A stretch of 63,958 bases of DNA, counting the filler, from an uncultured Myxococcia bacterium (GTDB lineage Bacteria; CAZTWC01), in the NCBI GenBank assembly GCA_964617105.1. It is 4 parts of 4 records of this genome, joined end to end, with 100 filler letters (N's around TTAATTAATTAA, not from the genome) between each part and the next. Parts side by side here need not be neighbours in the genome. Positions count along the whole stretch, not along the records: positions 56,435 to 63,958 come from CAZTWC010000176.1; 3 more parts are not named here. One strand, 5' to 3'. Shown piece after piece: positions 61,182-63,958 of this stretch. The notes beneath the pieces were generated by a model, which was given only the letters and a program-made list of their open reading frames with translations, did not search any database and was not told where the DNA came from. Positions within the stretch are counted from its first letter, which is position 1. The number at the start of each line of letters is the position of its first letter. The position numbers and the translations under genes were made by a program.

Positions 61182-63863
61182 ATGATGAATAATTGCCCCA
61201 TTTGCCATTTAGATAATCCGGACCATCATATTTACTGTTCCAAGTGTGGAACTTCCTTATCGTCATTAAACTGTTCCCATTGCCAGGCGCCTCTCTCGGT
61301 TTTATATAACCACTGTCCCGGATGTGGTAAAAAAAATATTATTGAAAATCGAGAAGAGTTCTTATTCTGTCCAACCTGTTCAAATCGGAATTTATCCATC
61401 AATAAACACTGTATCAATTGTGGCGTTAGTTTGACCGGAGATGATACCAGTATCAATGATGTTTGCCCTCCAGGAATCCAGGCTATGTGGAAAAATATAC
61501 CGGTGGTAACGGTGGACATTACCTCTTTAAAGGAGTTAGCCAAACATAAGTCCGAAGAGATGGCAGAGGAGATAAAAAAGAGATGTTTTCAGATTTTTAC
61601 CCTGGAAGTTGAGAATTATCGAGGCCGGGTAATTGGATCAGGGAAAGAATCCTGGGTGGCGGTTTTCGGTTTGGCTGCCGGGAATAGTAATAGTGCTGAA
61701 TTGGCTATCCGGGCAGGACTTGCCATTAAAGCCGGTATAAGAAAATATAGTGATAAACTGACCGACCAGGGAAGGGGAGAAATACAAGGAAAAATCGGCA
61801 TAGATAGTCAAAAAGCATCCCTGGAACTTTTAAATAAATCTACGGCAGAACAACTTCAACCTCAGGATTTCGAGAGTTTGACTTTTATCAGTCAAAAATT
61901 GGTTCAAATTTCTGACCATGGAGCTATTTTAATCAGTGAAAATATATATCGACAGGTTATGGGGATTTTCGATATTGAAACTTTACCACCGTTTTGGCTG
62001 GACCAAAATACCAAAGTTACCGCCTTCCAGGTTATGGGTGAAAAGGCGTTTAACTTTCATGTAGAATACCAGGGTTCCTTCAGCGGCCAATCCGATTTTG
62101 TCAACCGGGAGGAGGAGTTTCAGATATTAAAATCGCTACACGAAAAAGTTAAGGCTGAGAAAACCCCCCACCTGGTTACTATTTCCGGCAAAAAAGGGAT
62201 TGGGAAAAGTCGGTTAATGGCAGAGTTTTATAACTATTTAGAGATTAGCCCTGATATCGAAATATTATTTGCCGGTCGGGCGGTGGAAGATGAGAGTAAA
62301 GTCCCATTTTCCCTTTTAAAGAATATGGCGGTAAACAGGTTCCAACTGGACCTGGATGATCCCCGAAAATCTATGGATTTGCTCCTCCAGGGGATGGCCA
62401 GATTTTGTGATCCCAATTTGTCTTTAGAAGAGAACATTGCGGCAACAGAAAAGAATTTAAAGGGGAAGTTATCCCTGAAGATGGTGGAGATGGCCCGTTA
62501 CCTGGCTTTTTTAAGCGGTCTTGATTCCACCGGAGAAACGGTTTCGTCAGAAAATCAATCAGCAGACAACCGAATAGTATTGCAAAATGCTTTTGAATCT
62601 CTAAAAGAGTTTTTCAATCATTGCGGCCGGAATTATCCAATTATTGTAATTTGCGAGGATGCCCACTGGGCTGATCGTCCCAGCCTGGAGTTACTGGAAT
62701 ATTTGCTTAACAATATCGAGGACAGGGCTATTTTAATGGTGCTGGTAGCCCGGGATGAGTTTTACTATAAATATCCTGGTTGGGGAAAGAGCACCAAACT
62801 TCACTATAGGGTTGACTTAAAACCTCTGTCTGCTGAATACTCCAAACAGGTTCAACAGAATTGCTTTAATAGTTGCACCGGTGTCCCTTCCAGGTTTGCT
62901 GAAGATGTAATAAAAGAGTCAAAGGGGAATCCCGCCTATATTTATGAATATATAAGAATGTTGGCTAATAGCAATGTCATCACCATGGACAACAACCGTA
63001 ACTATTGTATTTTTCCTTCTCCCGCTACCTTAGATAAATTTGAAAAGCCAAGTAGTTATAGTGATCTATTTCAGATGCAATTGGATACTTTGAGCAAGAG
63101 CGAAGAACTGGTGCTAGAAGTGGCGTCAGTGATGGGCCAGGTATTTTGGTTGGGCTTTGTGGAATATGTCTTCTCTCAAGAGTTGGATGGCAATTTTTGC
63201 CTGCCCAGGGCGGTAATTCAACAGGTTTTGGACAACTTGGAGGTCAAGCAGTTTATCAATTTAAAGAGTAAAAGTTCGTTGAAAGGGCAAATGGAGTATT
63301 CTTTCCGGGATGATTTGCTTCAGCCCATGGTATACGCGAAAATAGAGAAAAATAGGATCTCTCAATATCATTTATTGGCAGCCCAGTGGCTAAATGAGCA
63401 ATCAAAATATGCTGAACGGTGCCCATGGCTGCTGGCAGAGCATTATTTTCTTGCCGGTAATTATGCTCGGGCACTCAACTATTACATTAACGGTGGAGAG
63501 GTGGCTAAAAAATATTGCGCCAATCAAGAAACTATTTATTTTTTGAGCAAAGCGGTATCAATAATTGAAAGGGCCAGAGGACCGGAATATTGTCTAGAAA
63601 TGATGAAAATTGCCGCCCAGGAGGATATTCGGGTGGCTAACTGGCAAAGGAGAATAGATATTTATCTGGATTTAGCCTCTGCACATCAAGAGGATTGCTC
63701 TTTTGATAAAGCGATATGGATGTTAGACAAGGCCGCACTACAATTTCCAGGGAAGGAACTCAGGCAAGAAGGTTCTTTTGGAGATTTTGAGATATTGAAG
63801 TATAAAGATAAAATTGCTCGAAAACGGGAACTTATTAGTAGAAAGATTTCCTCACCTACTTGA
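61182..63863 (+). CDS. Zinc ribbons + degenerate class III cyclase + AAA + TPR protein
   Basis: Six CxxC; VFG....AE.AIRAG; GKKGIGKS; CEDAHWAD; GNP.Y; Y.FRD.L...VY; TPRs. Confidence 0.85.
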   Translation: MMNNCPICHLDNPDHHIYCSKCGTSLSSLNCSHCQAPLSVLYNHCPGCGKKNIIENREEFLFCPTCSNRNLSINKHCINCGVSLTGDDTSINDVCPPGIQAMWKNIPVVTVDITSLKELAKHKSEEMAEEIKKRCFQIFTLEVENYRGRVIGSGKESWVAVFGLAAGNSNSAELAIRAGLAIKAGIRKYSDKLTDQGRGEIQGKIGIDSQKASLELLNKSTAEQLQPQDFESLTFISQKLVQISDHGAILISENIYRQVMGIFDIETLPPFWLDQNTKVTAFQVMGEKAFNFHVEYQGSFSGQSDFVNREEEFQILKSLHEKVKAEKTPHLVTISGKKGIGKSRLMAEFYNYLEISPDIEILFAGRAVEDESKVPFSLLKNMAVNRFQLDLDDPRKSMDLLLQGMARFCDPNLSLEENIAATEKNLKGKLSLKMVEMARYLAFLSGLDSTGETVSSENQSADNRIVLQNAFESLKEFFNHCGRNYPIIVICEDAHWADRPSLELLEYLLNNIEDRAILMVLVARDEFYYKYPGWGKSTKLHYRVDLKPLSAEYSKQVQQNCFNSCTGVPSRFAEDVIKESKGNPAYIYEYIRMLANSNVITMDNNRNYCIFPSPATLDKFEKPSSYSDLFQMQLDTLSKSEELVLEVASVMGQVFWLGFVEYVFSQELDGNFCLPRAVIQQVLDNLEVKQFINLKSKSSLKGQMEYSFRDDLLQPMVYAKIEKNRISQYHLLAAQWLNEQSKYAERCPWLLAEHYFLAGNYARALNYYINGGEVAKKYCANQETIYFLSKAVSIIERARGPEYCLEMMKIAAQEDIRVANWQRRIDIYLDLASAHQEDCSFDKAIWMLDKAALQFPGKELRQEGSFGDFEILKYKDKIARKRELISRKISSPT

Positions 63864-63958
63864 TTATCTTTTTTAGGGACACTGCTATTTAGCGTCTGCC
63901 GGCCCCTTTTCCGGAGGAGAAATTTTACTAATTTTGACCCGTCTAACCCGGCGTTGAT

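Overview
Bacterial (Deltaproteobacteria/Myxococcota-like gene content) draft-genome window. It is not one locus: three identical 100-nt artificial linkers (N44-TTAATTAATTAA-N44) split it into four contigs (1-18829, 18930-37712, 37813-56334, 56435-63958) whose lengths look size-sorted, so synteny only holds within a contig. Housekeeping content: RNase II/R, cysS, RNase HI, msbA, pepA, iscS/nifS and selD fragments, tmRNA, tRNA-Val(CAC). Also present are Gld-like and Liv-type ABC systems, a mazEF-type TA pair and many signalling proteins. The most notable items are: (1) a cNMP-binding/wHTH/HTH_17-like/FliG-C fusion next to a zinc-ribbon adenylate cyclase-AAA-TPR gene; (2) a PP2C/SpoIIE phosphatase with a whole PhnD-type binding protein inserted into its Cache sensor; (3) a small Cys protein/J-domain/YbjN/PspA cluster; (4) an unannotated TA-flanked, apparently nested MITE family that breaks genes; (5) an orphan DUF1566-like 3' fragment resembling a DGR variable region; (6) several frameshifts and gaps that mislead the ORF track. 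All family calls come from motif recognition by eye; no database searches were run.
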